Part shown: piece by piece, positions 31,100 through 42,626 of the stretch
Numbering within the stretch: the stretch's first letter is position 1
Layout: each line of letters opens with the position of its first letter
Source: Escherichia coli
Lineage (GTDB): Bacteria; Pseudomonadota; Gammaproteobacteria; Enterobacterales; Enterobacteriaceae
Reading direction: 5' to 3' (one strand)
Assembly: GCF_003019035.1 (NCBI RefSeq)
Contig: NZ_CP027447.1
DNA length: 64,000 nucleotides
Position numbers and translations under genes: made by a program
Notes under the pieces: model-generated
Seen by the model: the letters and a program-made list of their open reading frames with translations, nothing else
Databases searched by the model: none
What the model was told of the DNA's origin: nothing

Positions 31100-32450
31100 A
31101 TGGTTCTGCGAGTCAGACGTTTGATTCAGGTTCTCAGGGGCAGATTCAGGGACAGGGAAAGATCATCAGAAGTTCACTTTTTGCACTAAATAATTCGCAT
31201 TTTATGTTTAAAAATTGAGATATTTCTCATTACCTGAAACTGTTTTTTTATTGCTTATACATGATCAAATACTCCTTACATAATTAAGGAGAACAAAATG
31301 GAACTTAAAAAATTGATGGAACATATTTCTGTTATCCCCGATTACAGACAAGCCTGGAAAGTGGAACATAAATTATCGGATATTCTACTGTTGACTATTT
31401 GTGCCGTTATTTCGGGTGCAGAAGGCTGGGAAGATATAGAGGATTTTGGGGAAACACATCTCGATTTTTTGAAGCAATATGGTGATTTTGATAATGGTAT
31501 TCCTGTTCACGATACCATTGCCAGAGTTGTATCCTGTATCAGTCCTGCAAAATTTCACGAGTGCTTTATTAACTGGATGCGTGACTGCCATTCTTCAGAT
31601 GATAAAGACGTCATCGCAATTGATGGAAAAACACTCCGGCATTCTTATGACAAGAGTCGCCGCAGGGGAGCGATTCATGTCATTAGTGCGTTCTCAACAA
31701 TGCACAGTCTGGTCATCGGACAGATCAGGACGGATGAGAAATCCAATGAGATTACAGCTATCCCTGAACTTCTTAACATGGTGGATATTAAAGGAAAAAT
31801 CATCACAACTGATGCGATGGGTTGCCAGAAAGATATAGCAGAGAAGATACAAAAACAGGGCGGTGATTATTTATTCGCTGTAAAAGGAAATCAGGGTCGG
31901 CTAAATAAAGCCTTTGAGGAAAAATTCCCACTGAAAGAATTAAATAATCCAGAACATGACAGTTACGCAATTAGTGAAAAGAGTCACGGCAGAGAAGAAA
32001 TCCGTCTTCACATTGTTTGCGATGTCCCTGATGAACTTATTGATTTCACGTTTGAATGGAAAGGTCTGAAGAAATTATGCGTGGCAGTCTCCTTTCGGTC
32101 AATAATAGCAGAACAAAAGAAAGAGCCCGAAATGACGGTCAGATATTATATCAGTTCTGCTGATTTAACCGCAGAGAAGTTCGCCACAGCAATCCGAAAC
32201 CACTGGCACGTGGAGAATAAGCTGCACTGGCGTCTGGACGTGGTAATGAATGAAGACGACTGCAAAATAAGAAGAGGAAATGCAGCAGAATTATTTTCAG
32301 GGATACGGCACATCGCTATTAATATTTTAACGAATGATAAGGTATTCAAGGCAGGGTTAAGACGTAAGATGCGAAAAGCAGCCATGGACAGAAACTACCT
32401 GGCGTCAGTCCTTGCGGGGAGCGGGCTTTCGTAATCTTGCCCTGACCCGT
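31100..32450 (+). mobile_element. H-repeat / ISAs1-family insertion sequence at the distal end of the Rhs element (boundaries approximate)
   Basis: Contains the 378-aa H-repeat-associated transposase ORF; exact inverted-repeat ends not resolved by eye. Confidence 0.45.
31298..32434 (+). CDS. ISAs1-family transposase (H-repeat-associated protein)
   Basis: 378-aa ORF, RBS aaggag; DDE-type transposase typically found 3' of rhs genes in E. coli. Confidence 0.8.
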   Translation: MELKKLMEHISVIPDYRQAWKVEHKLSDILLLTICAVISGAEGWEDIEDFGETHLDFLKQYGDFDNGIPVHDTIARVVSCISPAKFHECFINWMRDCHSSDDKDVIAIDGKTLRHSYDKSRRRGAIHVISAFSTMHSLVIGQIRTDEKSNEITAIPELLNMVDIKGKIITTDAMGCQKDIAEKIQKQGGDYLFAVKGNQGRLNKAFEEKFPLKELNNPEHDSYAISEKSHGREEIRLHIVCDVPDELIDFTFEWKGLKKLCVAVSFRSIIAEQKKEPEMTVRYYISSADLTAEKFATAIRNHWHVENKLHWRLDVVMNEDDCKIRRGNAAELFSGIRHIAINILTNDKVFKAGLRRKMRKAAMDRNYLASVLAGSGLS

Positions 32451-32482
32451 AGTCTTACCCCGGCCCTAAACACAACCCCCAC

Positions 32483-33253
32483 TCACCACAACCTAAACTC
32501 ATCCGCATCCTGCCATGCCGGAAACTTTTCTCTATATTCCCGCAATGCCATCATCGACAGCTCCGCATCAATGCGCGTTGCCTGATGCGCGTCGGCGGTG
32601 GCAATAATCTCGCCTTGTGGATTAATCACCCGGCTGTCACCGCGATAATGGCAGCCGTTGCCATCGCTGCCGACGCGATTGCATCCCGCCACATACGCCT
32701 GATTCTCAATCGCGCGGGCTGTCAGCAATGCCTGCCAGTGCAGAGAGCGCGGAGCAGGCCAGTTGGCGACGTACAGGGCGAGGTCATAATCGTTGAGATT
32801 GCGCGACCACACAGGAAAACGTAAGTCGTAGCACACCAGCGGCAAAATACGCCAGCCGCGCCATTCCACAATTACTCGCGCATTGCCCGCTTTATAATGC
32901 AGATGCTCATCTGCCATGCGGAACAGATGACGCTTATCATAAAAATGTACCGTGCCGCCCGGCTCAACCAGCAAAAAGCGGTTAACCGAACCAGACTCCG
33001 TTTGTAATGCAACACTGCCTGCAATCAGCGCATTGCACTGCTGCGCTTTAGCTGTCATCCAGTTCACTACGTCATTTTGTGCTAGCGACGAAGCTGCCGC
33101 TTCCATGGCAAAGCCGCTGGTAAACATCTCCGGTAGAACGATCACATCGCGCCCGGTAATACCTTCCAGTTGACGATCAAAATGGCGCAGGTTGGCAGGG
33201 CCATCCATCCACACCAGTGGTTGCTGCAAAAGCGTAATCTTCAAACCAGGCAC
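32483..33253 (-). CDS. yafV: Carbon-nitrogen hydrolase family protein YafV (omega-amidase)
   Basis: Nitrilase-superfamily features (catalytic Cys context LPLVCYDLRFPVW); start set at GTG giving MPGLKITLLQQPLVW with RBS ggag. Confidence 0.85.
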   Translation of the reverse strand: MPGLKITLLQQPLVWMDGPANLRHFDRQLEGITGRDVIVLPEMFTSGFAMEAAASSLAQNDVVNWMTAKAQQCNALIAGSVALQTESGSVNRFLLVEPGGTVHFYDKRHLFRMADEHLHYKAGNARVIVEWRGWRILPLVCYDLRFPVWSRNLNDYDLALYVANWPAPRSLHWQALLTARAIENQAYVAGCNRVGSDGNGCHYRGDSRVINPQGEIIATADAHQATRIDAELSMMALREYREKFPAWQDADEFRLW

Positions 33254-33406
33254 GGTGTACAACTCCTTTATGCGAAGGGTTTTATAACTCTAACACCTTA
33301 TCAGGCAGTTGCCTTAGCGCAGAATAAATTGATAACAAATGCTGATATTGGAAATATCTGATTTGCAAATTATCGTGTTATCGCCAGGCTTTAGGAGGTT
33401 AATAAC

Positions 33407-33880
33407 ATGGGCAGGATAAGCTCGGGAGGAATGATGTTTAAGGCAATAACGACAGTCGCCGCTCTGGTCATCGCCACCAGTGCAATGGCGCAGGATGATT
33501 TAACCATTAGCAGCCTTGCAAAGGGCGAAACCACCAAAGCTGCGTTTAATCAGATGGTGCAAGGGCATAAGCTGCCTGCCTGGGTGATGAAAGGCGGTAC
33601 TTATACCCCTGCACAAACCGTAACGTTGGGAGATGAGACGTATCAGGTGATGAGCGCGTGCAAACCGCATGACTGTGGCTCGCAACGTATCGCTGTGATG
33701 TGGTCCGAGAAATCTAATCAGATGACGGGGCTGTTCTCGACCATTGATGAGAAAACGTCGCAAGAGAAACTCACCTGGTTGAATGTGAACGATGCGCTTT
33801 CTATTGATGGTAAAACGGTGCTGTTCGCGGCGTTGACCGGCAGCCTGGAAAACCATCCGGATGGCTTTAATTTTAAATAA
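33407..33880 (+). CDS. ivy: Inhibitor of vertebrate lysozyme Ivy
   Basis: 157-aa ORF with signal peptide and the CKPHDC loop motif; RBS aggagg. Confidence 0.9.
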   Translation: MGRISSGGMMFKAITTVAALVIATSAMAQDDLTISSLAKGETTKAAFNQMVQGHKLPAWVMKGGTYTPAQTVTLGDETYQVMSACKPHDCGSQRIAVMWSEKSNQMTGLFSTIDEKTSQEKLTWLNVNDALSIDGKTVLFAALTGSLENHPDGFNFK

Positions 33881-33894
33881 TTAGCGGATAAAGA

Positions 33895-33916
33895 AACGGA
33901 GCCTTTCGGCTCCGTT
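33895..33916. terminator. Bidirectional hairpin terminator between convergent ivy and fadE
   Basis: aacggagcc tttc ggctccgtt perfect hairpin flanked by A/T runs. Confidence 0.5.
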
Positions 33917-33922
33917 ATTCAA

Positions 33923-36367
33923 TTACGCGGCTTCAACTTTTCGCACTTTCTCCGGCAACTTTACCGGCTTCGTCGCCAGCTCTTCCGGATCAAAGTCATC
34001 AACATTAATACTGCGCAGACGGCTTTCTTCAGCTTTCACAAGAATAGCGGCTTCATCTTTATCAATCAGCCCCTTCGCCAGCGCGTTATGCGCCAGTTCA
34101 TCCAGACGGGTAAATGGCAGGTTTTTACCCAGCTCTTTACAGATCCTCTGATGAATTGGGTCGGCGGCAATCACATCCACCAGTGCCTCTTCCAGTAAAC
34201 CAACCGGGTTATGCTCGCTCGGCGTCAGGTACTGACCGCGGCCAATACGTGAGCGGGTGGCGTTTGGCACTTGTAAAATCTTCGCCACTTTATGATCCAG
34301 CTTGTCAGACGGTGCCAGATAATGACGTCCGGTCGGGAAGATCACCACATTCAGCAGCCCGGCAACCACGCGGTTCGGGAAGTTTTGCAGTAAATCGTCC
34401 ATCGCCTGCTCTGCCTGATACAGCGCATCCTGTACGCCCCAGTGCACCAGCGGCAGGTCGGCTTCATTACGGCCTTCGTCGTCATAACGCTTCAGAACGG
34501 CAGAGGCGAGGTAAAGCTGGCTTAAAATATCCCCCAGACGTGCCGAGATGCGCTCGCGACGTTTCAGGCTGCCGCCCAGCACCGCCATCGAGACATCAGA
34601 AAGCAGGGCGAGGTTGGCGCTCAGGCGGTTAAGATGCTGATAGTAGCGTTTAGTGGCATCGCCGGTTGGCGTGCTGCTGGTTAAACCGCGCGTCAGGCCC
34701 AGCCAGAAGCTGCGAACTTTGTTGCTACCGACGTGACCGATATGTTTGAACAGCAGTTTATCGAACGCGTTAACGTCATTGTTCTTCGCCGCTTCCATCT
34801 CTTCCAGCACGTACGGATGGCAACGAATCGCCCCCTGGCCGAAGATCATCATACTGCGGGTCAGAATGTTGGTCCCTTCAACGGTGATGGCAATCGGTGC
34901 GCCCTGATAAGCACGGGCCAGGAAGTTGCTCTGCCCGAGCATAATGCCTTTACCGCCGGTAATATCCATTGCATCAATAATTGACTGCTGCCCGCGGTGG
35001 GTACAGTGATACTTAACGATAGCCGACAGCACGGCAGGTTTTTCACCGAGCATAATGCCGTAGGTAATCAGCGATGCCGCAGCATCCATCACGTAGGCAT
35101 TACCGGCAATACGCGCCAGCGGCTCTTCAATCCCTTCCATCTTACCAATAGAGATTTTGAACTGACGGCGGATGTGCGCATACGCACCCGTTGCCAGCGC
35201 TACCGATTTCACGCCGCCGGTTGAGTTGGAAGGCAGGGTGATACCGCGGCCTACCGAGAGGCACTCCACCAGCATCCGCCAGCCTTGCCCGGCCATTTTC
35301 GGCCCGCCGATGATGTAATCGATCGGCACGAAGACATCTTTACCGCGCGTCGGTCCGTTCTGGAACGGTACGTTCAGCGGGAAGTGGCGACGACCAATTT
35401 CCACGCCCGGCGTGGTGGTCGGGATCAGCGCACAGGTAATACCTAAATCTTCTGTACCGCCGAGTAATTTCTCCGGGTCGGAGAGTTTAAACGCCAGCCC
35501 AAGCACGGTCGCAATCGGTGCCAGCGTAATGTAACGTTTGTTCCAGGTCAGTCGCATCCCCAGCACCTGCTGGCCCTGCCACTCGCCCATGCAAACAATC
35601 CCGGTATCCGGAATCGCGCCCGCATCGGAACCCGCTTCGGGGCTGGTCAGTGCAAAGCAAGGGATCTCCTGACCACGCGCCAGACGCGGCAGATAGTGAT
35701 CTTTCTGCTCGTCAGTGCCGTAATGTTGCAGCAGCTCGCCCGGACCTAATGAGTTCGGCACGCCGACGGTAATCGCCAGGATCCCGCTCACGCCGGAGAG
35801 TTTTTGCAGCACGCGAGACTGGGCATAAGCCGAGAACTCCAGCCCGCCGTACTCTTTTTTGATGATCATCGCGAAGAAGCGATGCTCTTTAAGATACGCC
35901 CACAGCTCCGGCGGCAAATCCGCCAGCTCATGGGTAATCTGGAAATCATTCGCCATCCGGCAGGCTTCTTCTACCGGACCGTCGAGAAACGCTTGCTCTT
36001 CAGCGGTCAGGCGCGGCTGCGGATAGTTATGCAGCTTTTTCCAGTCCGGCTTGCCCTGGAACAAATCGCCTTCCCACCAGGTGGTGCCCGCATCAATCGC
36101 TTCTTTCTCCGTGCGCGACATCGGCGGCATCACCTTACGGAAACCGCGAAATACCGGCGCGGAAATCATCGACCTACGCATAGGCGCAAAGTTAAATGGC
36201 ACGAGGATAATGGCCAGAGGCACCAGTACCCACACCGACCACAGACCAGCGACGCCGAGGGCGGCTGTCCAGGCGAGCAAAATCAGACTGCTGATAAATA
36301 AGCTCACGCGGTGATAGAACAACGCGCCGAGCAGGACAACCGTAGCGAGAATACTCAAAATCATCAT
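33923..36367 (-). CDS. fadE: Acyl-CoA dehydrogenase FadE
   Basis: About 814 aa from [20 protein letters not shown]; N-terminal membrane segment and acyl-CoA dehydrogenase core; the ORF-track N-terminal extension is rejected. Confidence 0.9.
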   Translation of the reverse strand: MMILSILATVVLLGALFYHRVSLFISSLILLAWTAALGVAGLWSVWVLVPLAIILVPFNFAPMRRSMISAPVFRGFRKVMPPMSRTEKEAIDAGTTWWEGDLFQGKPDWKKLHNYPQPRLTAEEQAFLDGPVEEACRMANDFQITHELADLPPELWAYLKEHRFFAMIIKKEYGGLEFSAYAQSRVLQKLSGVSGILAITVGVPNSLGPGELLQHYGTDEQKDHYLPRLARGQEIPCFALTSPEAGSDAGAIPDTGIVCMGEWQGQQVLGMRLTWNKRYITLAPIATVLGLAFKLSDPEKLLGGTEDLGITCALIPTTTPGVEIGRRHFPLNVPFQNGPTRGKDVFVPIDYIIGGPKMAGQGWRMLVECLSVGRGITLPSNSTGGVKSVALATGAYAHIRRQFKISIGKMEGIEEPLARIAGNAYVMDAAASLITYGIMLGEKPAVLSAIVKYHCTHRGQQSIIDAMDITGGKGIMLGQSNFLARAYQGAPIAITVEGTNILTRSMMIFGQGAIRCHPYVLEEMEAAKNNDVNAFDKLLFKHIGHVGSNKVRSFWLGLTRGLTSSTPTGDATKRYYQHLNRLSANLALLSDVSMAVLGGSLKRRERISARLGDILSQLYLASAVLKRYDDEGRNEADLPLVHWGVQDALYQAEQAMDDLLQNFPNRVVAGLLNVVIFPTGRHYLAPSDKLDHKVAKILQVPNATRSRIGRGQYLTPSEHNPVGLLEEALVDVIAADPIHQRICKELGKNLPFTRLDELAHNALAKGLIDKDEAAILVKAEESRLRSINVDDFDPEELATKPVKLPEKVRKVEAA

Positions 36368-36387
36368 AACGAAAAGCCCCTTACTTG

Positions 36388-36406
36388 TAGGAGGTCTGAC
36401 CACTTG
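36388..36406 (-). promoter_or_regulatory. Candidate FadR operator upstream of fadE
   Basis: Palindromic GGTCTGACC core (gaggtctgaccac) about 25 bp upstream of the fadE start, resembling FadR sites (TGGTCnGACC). Confidence 0.4.
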
Positions 36407-36606
36407 TGATGATATGGTTGTAGTGGATGTGAAAACATTTAGCAATGCGTTTACAATATAATTACAACAAAGCTCACATTGTTGCTGTTTTTATCCGCAC
36501 TTCAGGTCAAAAAGTCCTGGTCATAGCACCTGCCCGTACTTCTCGCTTTTGGCGGTATCCGGTACACTGCATTTTGTCTATTACATTTATGCTGAAGGAT
36601 ATCCTC

Positions 36607-37185
36607 ATGTACCAGGATCTTATTCGTAACGAACTGAACGAAGCGGCGGAAACGCTGGCTAACTTTTTAAAAGATGACGCCAATATTCACGCCATTCAGC
36701 GCGCGGCGGTCCTGTTAGCAGACAGCTTTAAAGCCGGTGGCAAAGTGCTTTCCTGCGGCAACGGCGGCTCCCATTGCGACGCTATGCACTTTGCCGAAGA
36801 GTTGACCGGTCGCTACCGTGAAAACCGTCCGGGCTACCCGGCGATTGCCATTTCTGACGTTAGTCATATTTCCTGCGTCGGTAACGATTTTGGTTTCAAT
36901 GATATTTTCTCCCGTTACGTTGAAGCGGTAGGTCGCGAAGGCGATGTACTGCTGGGGATCTCTACCTCCGGTAACTCTGCAAACGTGATCAAAGCGATCG
37001 CAGCGGCGCGTGAGAAGGGGATGAAAGTGATCACCCTGACCGGTAAAGATGGCGGCAAAATGGCTGGCACGGCGGATATTGAAATTCGCGTTCCGCACTT
37101 TGGTTATGCCGACCGCATTCAGGAGATCCACATTAAAGTGATCCATATCCTGATCCAGTTAATTGAAAAAGAGATGGTTAAGTAA
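36607..37185 (+). CDS. gmhA: Phosphoheptose isomerase GmhA (LpcA)
   Basis: 192 aa from [21 protein letters not shown]; SIS-domain motifs ([24 protein letters not shown]). Confidence 0.9.
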
Positions 37186-37193
37186 GGTCTTTT

Positions 37194-37227
37194 CTCCCTT
37201 TCAGGGAGAGGGCCGGGGTGAGGGTAA
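37194..37227. repeat. GC-rich palindromic intergenic repeat (Box C-like family; family name uncertain)
   Basis: ctccctttcagggagagggccggggtgagggtaac; shares the CCCTC...GGGAGAGGG.TAGGGTGAGGG core with copies at 40476, 46942 and 56662-56770. Confidence 0.5.
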
Positions 37228-37300
37228 CAACCTGCACCTTTGTACTTTTTAATCAATCTTCGCCGGGGGCCATGCGCTCCCGCTGTTGTGGAGGTTACCC

Positions 37301-38068
37301 ATGTGCGAATTGCTCGGGATGAGCGCCAACGTCCCTACCGATATCTGCTTTAGTTTCACCGGACTTGTACAGCGTGGTGGTGGAACCGGGCCACATAAAG
37401 ATGGCTGGGGCATTACCTTTTACGAAGGTAAAGGCTGTCGCACATTTAAAGATCCGCAACCCAGCTTTAATTCCCCCATCGCCAAACTTGTCCAGGACTA
37501 CCCGATAAAATCCTGTTCGGTGGTGGCTCATATTCGCCAGGCGAATCGGGGAGAGGTGGCGCTGGAAAATACTCACCCGTTTACCCGCGAGTTATGGGGG
37601 CGTAACTGGACTTATGCCCATAATGGACAACTGACGGGCTACAAATCACTGGAAACCGGCAACTTCCGCCCGGTCGGTGAAACCGATAGCGAAAAAGCCT
37701 TTTGCTGGCTCCTGCATAAATTAACGCAGCGTTACCCGCGCACACCGGGCAACATGGCGGCAGTGTTTAAATATATCGCCTCACTGGCGGATGAACTGCG
37801 GCAGAAGGGCGTTTTCAACATGCTGCTTTCTGACGGGCGCTATGTAATGGCGTATTGCTCGACTAATTTACACTGGATCACCCGCCGCGCGCCGTTTGGC
37901 GTGGCAACGTTGCTGGATCAGGATGTGGAAATCGACTTCAGCTCGCAGACCACACCGAATGATGTGGTTACGGTGATTGCGACACAGCCGCTGACGGGCA
38001 ATGAAACCTGGCAAAAGATTATGCCAGGCGAATGGCGCTTATTTTGCCTCGGGGAGCGTGTAGTTTGA
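37301..38068 (+). CDS. yafJ: Class II glutamine amidotransferase-like protein YafJ
   Basis: Starts [10 protein letters not shown] (N-terminal nucleophile Cys after Met); RBS ggagg. Confidence 0.85.
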   Translation: MCELLGMSANVPTDICFSFTGLVQRGGGTGPHKDGWGITFYEGKGCRTFKDPQPSFNSPIAKLVQDYPIKSCSVVAHIRQANRGEVALENTHPFTRELWGRNWTYAHNGQLTGYKSLETGNFRPVGETDSEKAFCWLLHKLTQRYPRTPGNMAAVFKYIASLADELRQKGVFNMLLSDGRYVMAYCSTNLHWITRRAPFGVATLLDQDVEIDFSSQTTPNDVVTVIATQPLTGNETWQKIMPGEWRLFCLGERVV

Positions 38069-38779
38069 TGCCAGCTGTGGTTGCACAACTTCGTGGCTTA
38101 ACGGCTTGCTGACCACGTAACGGCCATTGACCACAGAAACGGTCGGTGGCTTACGGGTTTGCTCAAAGTAGTCGTAACCTGGCTTCAGCTGCTCCCAGAA
38201 GTCCTTAAAGTTGGAATATTTATGGCGCTTCATATTGGCGTCGGTCATGCGGAACGGGTAAATACTCACTTGCACGCTCGGCTGACCAAAAACCAGCGCA
38301 CCAGTAACGAACTGGAAGATCTCATCAATACCCTGATTGGTCATCGCGTAGCAGCCGATGGAAACACAATCGCCGTGGATCATCAGATATTTCCCTTCAT
38401 AACCATGCGCACGGTCATAGGCATTGGGGAATCCAATATTAATCGCTTTGTAGTAACGGCTGTCTGGTTTTAACTGATTACGCTGGACGCTATAAAACCC
38501 TTCCGGGCTTTTGAAATCGCCCTGACGCTGTTTTGGCCCTAAGCCGCCGGAATATTTACAGATTTTATAGCTGTCGAGCAGTTGATATTGCTCGCCCATT
38601 TTGACGTAGAGATCGAGCGTACGTTCTTCCTTGAAGATCTGGATGTAGACAGGGGATCCCATCAACTGCTGCTTATACTCTTTGCTCACTGGCGTGGTCG
38701 AGCTACTGCTGCCCAGCAAACCGGCAAACGAAACGCACGGGATCAACAACATCGCAAGAATTAATGCGATTTTACGCAT
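38039..38779 (-). CDS. yafK: L,D-transpeptidase-fold protein YafK (DpaA)
   Basis: 246-aa ORF with signal peptide; YkuD-like catalytic region ([14 protein letters not shown]). Confidence 0.85.
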   Translation of the reverse strand: MRKIALILAMLLIPCVSFAGLLGSSSSTTPVSKEYKQQLMGSPVYIQIFKEERTLDLYVKMGEQYQLLDSYKICKYSGGLGPKQRQGDFKSPEGFYSVQRNQLKPDSRYYKAINIGFPNAYDRAHGYEGKYLMIHGDCVSIGCYAMTNQGIDEIFQFVTGALVFGQPSVQVSIYPFRMTDANMKRHKYSNFKDFWEQLKPGYDYFEQTRKPPTVSVVNGRYVVSKPLSHEVVQPQLASNYTLPEAK

Positions 38780-38934
38780 ACTGCTTATTCCTTGATAAAA
38801 CGGTTACACACGCCAGGACGGCAAAATGGATCCCAAATCGGAATAGTCTGGATTGGGAAGGCTCACATTATCACCAAAAGAGTTTTACGCAAGCCTGTCG
38901 GCGCAGGGTTTACAAATTTCATCGGCAGCGGGCT

Positions 38935-39213
38935 TTACCCAAAGAGCGCCGCGTGAGTTCCAGTTCTCTCAAATCGTAAAAGTTTATCGGTAAGTTTGTA
39001 AATCAGGATCCAGTCCGGTTCGACATGAGCATCGCGATAACCTTTCCATGAACCTTGCAGCGGGTGGTCTTTATAAACAGCTGGAAGCAGTAAAGTATTA
39101 TTGATAAGAAGCGTCATAAGATATTTCAATTTATTCATATCCTTATGACGCTTTTGTGCAAGTTTTACATCCTTTGAAAATTGTCCCGAGTATTCAATAT
39201 CCCTTTGAATCAT
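38935..39213 (-). CDS. yafQ: Type II toxin YafQ (RelE-family mRNA interferase)
   Basis: 92-aa ORF immediately downstream of dinJ; classic antitoxin-toxin order. Confidence 0.9.
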   Translation of the reverse strand: MIQRDIEYSGQFSKDVKLAQKRHKDMNKLKYLMTLLINNTLLLPAVYKDHPLQGSWKGYRDAHVEPDWILIYKLTDKLLRFERTGTHAALFG

Positions 39214-39215
39214 AT

Positions 39216-39476
39216 TTAAATTCCTAATTTATCAAATAAATCATCGGCGTCTTTGGCCTTATGAACACCAACGCCAGCTTCGCTGTTTTTGATTGATTGA
39301 ATAGTTAATTGATTAGGCTCGCGTAAATCAAACGGCAATGCCTTTTCACGCGCGACTTTTGTGAGGGTTATGCGAACCAGGTCAGAGATGGTCAGCCCCA
39401 TCCCGGCCAGTACGTCCGCCGCCTGATTCTTCAGATCTTCATCGATTCGGGCGCGAACAAACGCGTTAGCAGCCAT
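39216..39476 (-). CDS. dinJ: Antitoxin DinJ
   Basis: 86-aa ORF, RBS aggag; precedes yafQ by 2 bp; LexA box directly upstream. Confidence 0.9.
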   Translation of the reverse strand: MAANAFVRARIDEDLKNQAADVLAGMGLTISDLVRITLTKVAREKALPFDLREPNQLTIQSIKNSEAGVGVHKAKDADDLFDKLGI

Positions 39477-39492
39477 TGGGGTATCTCCTGTG

Positions 39493-39508
39493 CTGTATAT
39501 TTATTCAG
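39493..39508. promoter_or_regulatory. LexA (SOS) box in dinJ promoter
   Basis: CTGTATATTTATTCAG matches CTGT-N8-ACAG with one mismatch, located just upstream of the dinJ RBS. Confidence 0.7.
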
Positions 39509-39685
39509 CTTGAATTGTAGCTCAAATGAGCAACAGCGACAATCCATGAGTAATTTAATAAACGGATGTTTTTACATAATTAACTGAAATATATTTATTA
39601 ATTTTATAATAATGGTTTATTAAGTTTGTTCAGGTACGGGCCGGGATACACTGCAACATCAATGCATGACCAGCCATTATTGAGA

Positions 39686-40435
39686 ATGTCTTTGCCGTCG
39701 ATTCCCTCTTTTGTGTTGTCGGGATTATTGTTGCTTTGCTTGCCGTTTTCTTCATTTGCCAGCGCCACCACATCACATATCTCTTTCAGCTACGCCGCCC
39801 GCCAGCGGATGCAAAACCGTGCGCGTTTATTAAAACAGTACCAAACCCATCTGAAAAAACAGGCCAGCTATATTGTGGAAGGCAATGCCGAAAGCAGAAA
39901 GGCGCTGCGCCAGCACAACCGCGAACAGATAAAACAGCATCCAGAATGGTTTCCTGCGCCGCTCAAGGCGAGTGACAGACGCTGGCAGGCGCTGGCGGAG
40001 AACAACCATTTCTTAAGCAGCGACCATCTACACAACATCACCGAAGTGGCGATTCACCGCCTGGAGCAGCAGCTTGGCAAGCCTTACGTCTGGGGCGGCA
40101 CGCGGCCCGATCAAGGCTTCGACTGTAGCGGGTTGGTTTTTTATGCCTACAACAAGATCCTCGAGGCGAAACTCCCGCGCACGGCTAATGAGATGTATCA
40201 CTACCATCGGGCAACGATTGTGGCGAATAACGACCTGCGCCGGGGAGATTTGCTGTTTTTCCATATTCACAGCCGCGAGATAGCCGATCATATGGGGGTG
40301 TATCTGGGAGACGGTCAGTTTATCGAGTCACCACGTACCGGCGAAACCATTCGGATAAGCCGGTTAGCTGAACCTTTCTGGCAGGATCATTTTTTAGGCG
40401 CGCGGCGGATTTTGACGGAAGAGACGATTTTGTAG
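39686..40435 (+). CDS. yafL: NlpC/P60-family lipoprotein YafL
   Basis: Start at MSLPSIPSFVLSGLLLLCLPFSS; NlpC/P60 catalytic motifs (GFDCSGLVFYAY ... DHMGVYLGDGQFIESP). Confidence 0.85.
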   Translation: MSLPSIPSFVLSGLLLLCLPFSSFASATTSHISFSYAARQRMQNRARLLKQYQTHLKKQASYIVEGNAESRKALRQHNREQIKQHPEWFPAPLKASDRRWQALAENNHFLSSDHLHNITEVAIHRLEQQLGKPYVWGGTRPDQGFDCSGLVFYAYNKILEAKLPRTANEMYHYHRATIVANNDLRRGDLLFFHIHSREIADHMGVYLGDGQFIESPRTGETIRISRLAEPFWQDHFLGARRILTEETIL

Positions 40436-40475
40436 GACGGCAATACTGCGAAAAAGTTAAAGTCGTACACGTTTT

Positions 40476-40503
40476 TCTCCCTCGCCCCAAAGGGGCGAGG
40501 GGA
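40476..40503. repeat. GC-rich palindromic repeat / hairpin at the yafL-lfhA junction
   Basis: tctccctcgccccaaaggggcgagggga perfect stem-loop between convergent yafL and lfhA; same family core as 37194/46942/56662. Confidence 0.45.
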
Positions 40504-40532
40504 CAGTCCGAGACCTTATATAGTCTCCCCCA

Positions 40533-42626
40533 TCAACTCAACGCCCCCATAATCTTCAACTCCAGCTCGTCCGGCACTTCGTTATACGACAGCACATGCA
40601 GCCCCGGCGCAAACAATCTCGCATAGCGCGCCAGCAAAGGGCGCAACTGCGGTGGCACCAGCAGCACAGGGTCTTTCCCCGCCGCTTTCATCTGCTCCTT
40701 CACTTGCGGCATCGTACTCTGGAACTGGTTGAGCATATTCGGGTCAACCGGCACGCTGTCGAGCATCACTTTGCCGGCCTGTTGCGCCTGATTCACCACG
40801 TTGGTCAGCAGATTTTCCAGCTCATTATTCAGCGTATACACCGTCAGCTCCTGCTTGCGAACGAACGGATGGGTAATGCTGCGCCGCAGCGCCAGGCGCA
40901 CATCTGCCGCCAGCAGAATATGATCTTTGGTCACCGCACTACTGGCGACAAGCACGGTGGCGATGGTGACGATATCGCGCAGGGAAACGCCTTCAGTCAG
41001 CAGCGCCCGGTACACTTTCAGCAACTGGCTGTAATTCAGCGCCGCGCTCAAATCCTCCGCCAGGCGCGGTGCCATCGACGACAAACGGTTATGCAGCTGA
41101 GTAATATCGTCATAGTTAAACAAATCAGGAATATAGCTGCGCACAATCTTATTCACATGTGTGGCAATTACGCTGGCGCTGTCGATCACCTGATACCCCA
41201 TATTCAGCGCCTTCGCCTTCTGCGCGGGCTGGATCCAGGTGACCGGCATCCCATATGCCGGGTCATTCCCCAGTACGCCGTCAATCTCGCCGTAGGTTTC
41301 GCTGGAGGGCAGGGCCATCAGTTTATCCGCCGGAATATCCGCTTCATCAGCCTTAATGCCGTTGATGAAAATGGCGTACTGGCTGGGCTTGAGACGGAAG
41401 TTTTCCCGAATACGGATCTCCGGCAGCAGCACGCCGTTACCGTCGGATATCACCTGCCGCACGCCGCGAATCCGCTGGGTGAGCGGGTTCCCCTGCGCTT
41501 TGTCCACCAGCGCCACCAGCTTGTAGCCGAGGCTTAAGCTGATGGGCTCGATCAGCGGAATGGTTTCCCAACTGACCTGTTGCTCGCTGGTTTCGGTGAT
41601 GGTTCGGGTCAGCGTTTCGAGGCTTTTCTCCTCCGCCTCCGCCGCCTGCGGGCGTTTGCTCATCCGCCAGCCGGTAAAGCCAAGCAGGGCGCTGAACAGC
41701 AAAAATGGCAGATGCGGCATCCCCGGCACCACCGCCAGCACAAACATGATCCCGGTGGCGGTGTAGAGCACCGACGGACTTGCCAGCAGCTGGTGGCGCA
41801 CGTCATGGGCGATATCGCCGTTGTCGCTGACGCGGGTGACGATAATTGCCGCCGCGGTGGAGAGCAGCAGGGACGGGATCTGCGCCACCAGCCCGTCGCC
41901 GATGGTCATCAGCACATATTGCTGGAAGGCGGCGTCGGCGCTCAGGTTGTATTTGAAGATCCCGATACAGACGCCGCCGATCAGGTTGATCGCCAGAATC
42001 ATCATCCCGGCGATGGCATCGCCGCGCACAAACTTCGATGCCCCGTCCATCGCGCCGTAGAAATCGGCCTCGCTGGCAACATCTTTACGCCGGGTTTGCG
42101 CCTGCGCCTGGTTGATCAATCCGGCGTTAAGATCGGCGTCAATCGCCATCTGCTTGCCGGGCATCGCGTCCAGGGTAAAGCGGGCAGAAACCTCGGAAAT
42201 ACGCTCGGCCCCTTTGGTGACGACGATAAAGTTGATGATCATCAGGATGATAAACACCACAAAGCCGACGACAAAGTTGCCGCCAATCACCACCTGACCA
42301 AATGACTCAATCACCTTACCCGCCGCGCCTGCGCCGAGATGCCCGTGCAGCAGCACCACGCGCGTAGAAGCAACGTTAAGCGTCAGGCGCATTAGGGTGG
42401 TGATCAGCAAAATGGTCGGGAACAGGCTGAATTCCAGCGGTCGTTTCGCCGACACCGCCACCAGCAGCACCATCACCGCCAGCACAATGTTGAAGGTGAA
42501 CAGAATATCCAGCAACGCAGGCGGCAGCGGCAGAATAACCATCGCCAGAATACACAGGATCACCAGCGGCACGCCGAGATTGCCGCCGCGCAGCAGCGCG
42601 AGGAACGATTTAGTTGTTTTCGCCAT
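40533..42626 (-). CDS. lfhA: Lateral flagellar export gate protein (FlhA homologue)
   Basis: 697-aa ORF, N-terminal polytopic membrane domain plus cytoplasmic domain, FlhA-like. Confidence 0.9.
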   Translation of the reverse strand: MAKTTKSFLALLRGGNLGVPLVILCILAMVILPLPPALLDILFTFNIVLAVMVLLVAVSAKRPLEFSLFPTILLITTLMRLTLNVASTRVVLLHGHLGAGAAGKVIESFGQVVIGGNFVVGFVVFIILMIINFIVVTKGAERISEVSARFTLDAMPGKQMAIDADLNAGLINQAQAQTRRKDVASEADFYGAMDGASKFVRGDAIAGMMILAINLIGGVCIGIFKYNLSADAAFQQYVLMTIGDGLVAQIPSLLLSTAAAIIVTRVSDNGDIAHDVRHQLLASPSVLYTATGIMFVLAVVPGMPHLPFLLFSALLGFTGWRMSKRPQAAEAEEKSLETLTRTITETSEQQVSWETIPLIEPISLSLGYKLVALVDKAQGNPLTQRIRGVRQVISDGNGVLLPEIRIRENFRLKPSQYAIFINGIKADEADIPADKLMALPSSETYGEIDGVLGNDPAYGMPVTWIQPAQKAKALNMGYQVIDSASVIATHVNKIVRSYIPDLFNYDDITQLHNRLSSMAPRLAEDLSAALNYSQLLKVYRALLTEGVSLRDIVTIATVLVASSAVTKDHILLAADVRLALRRSITHPFVRKQELTVYTLNNELENLLTNVVNQAQQAGKVMLDSVPVDPNMLNQFQSTMPQVKEQMKAAGKDPVLLVPPQLRPLLARYARLFAPGLHVLSYNEVPDELELKIMGALS

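Noticed and set aside
31006-31297. Possible small ORF (MKFYRARETDGSASQTF...) between the Rhs immunity gene and the H-repeat transposase
   Set aside because: Below 60 codons, no convincing RBS, and probably part of the 5' region of the H-repeat element.
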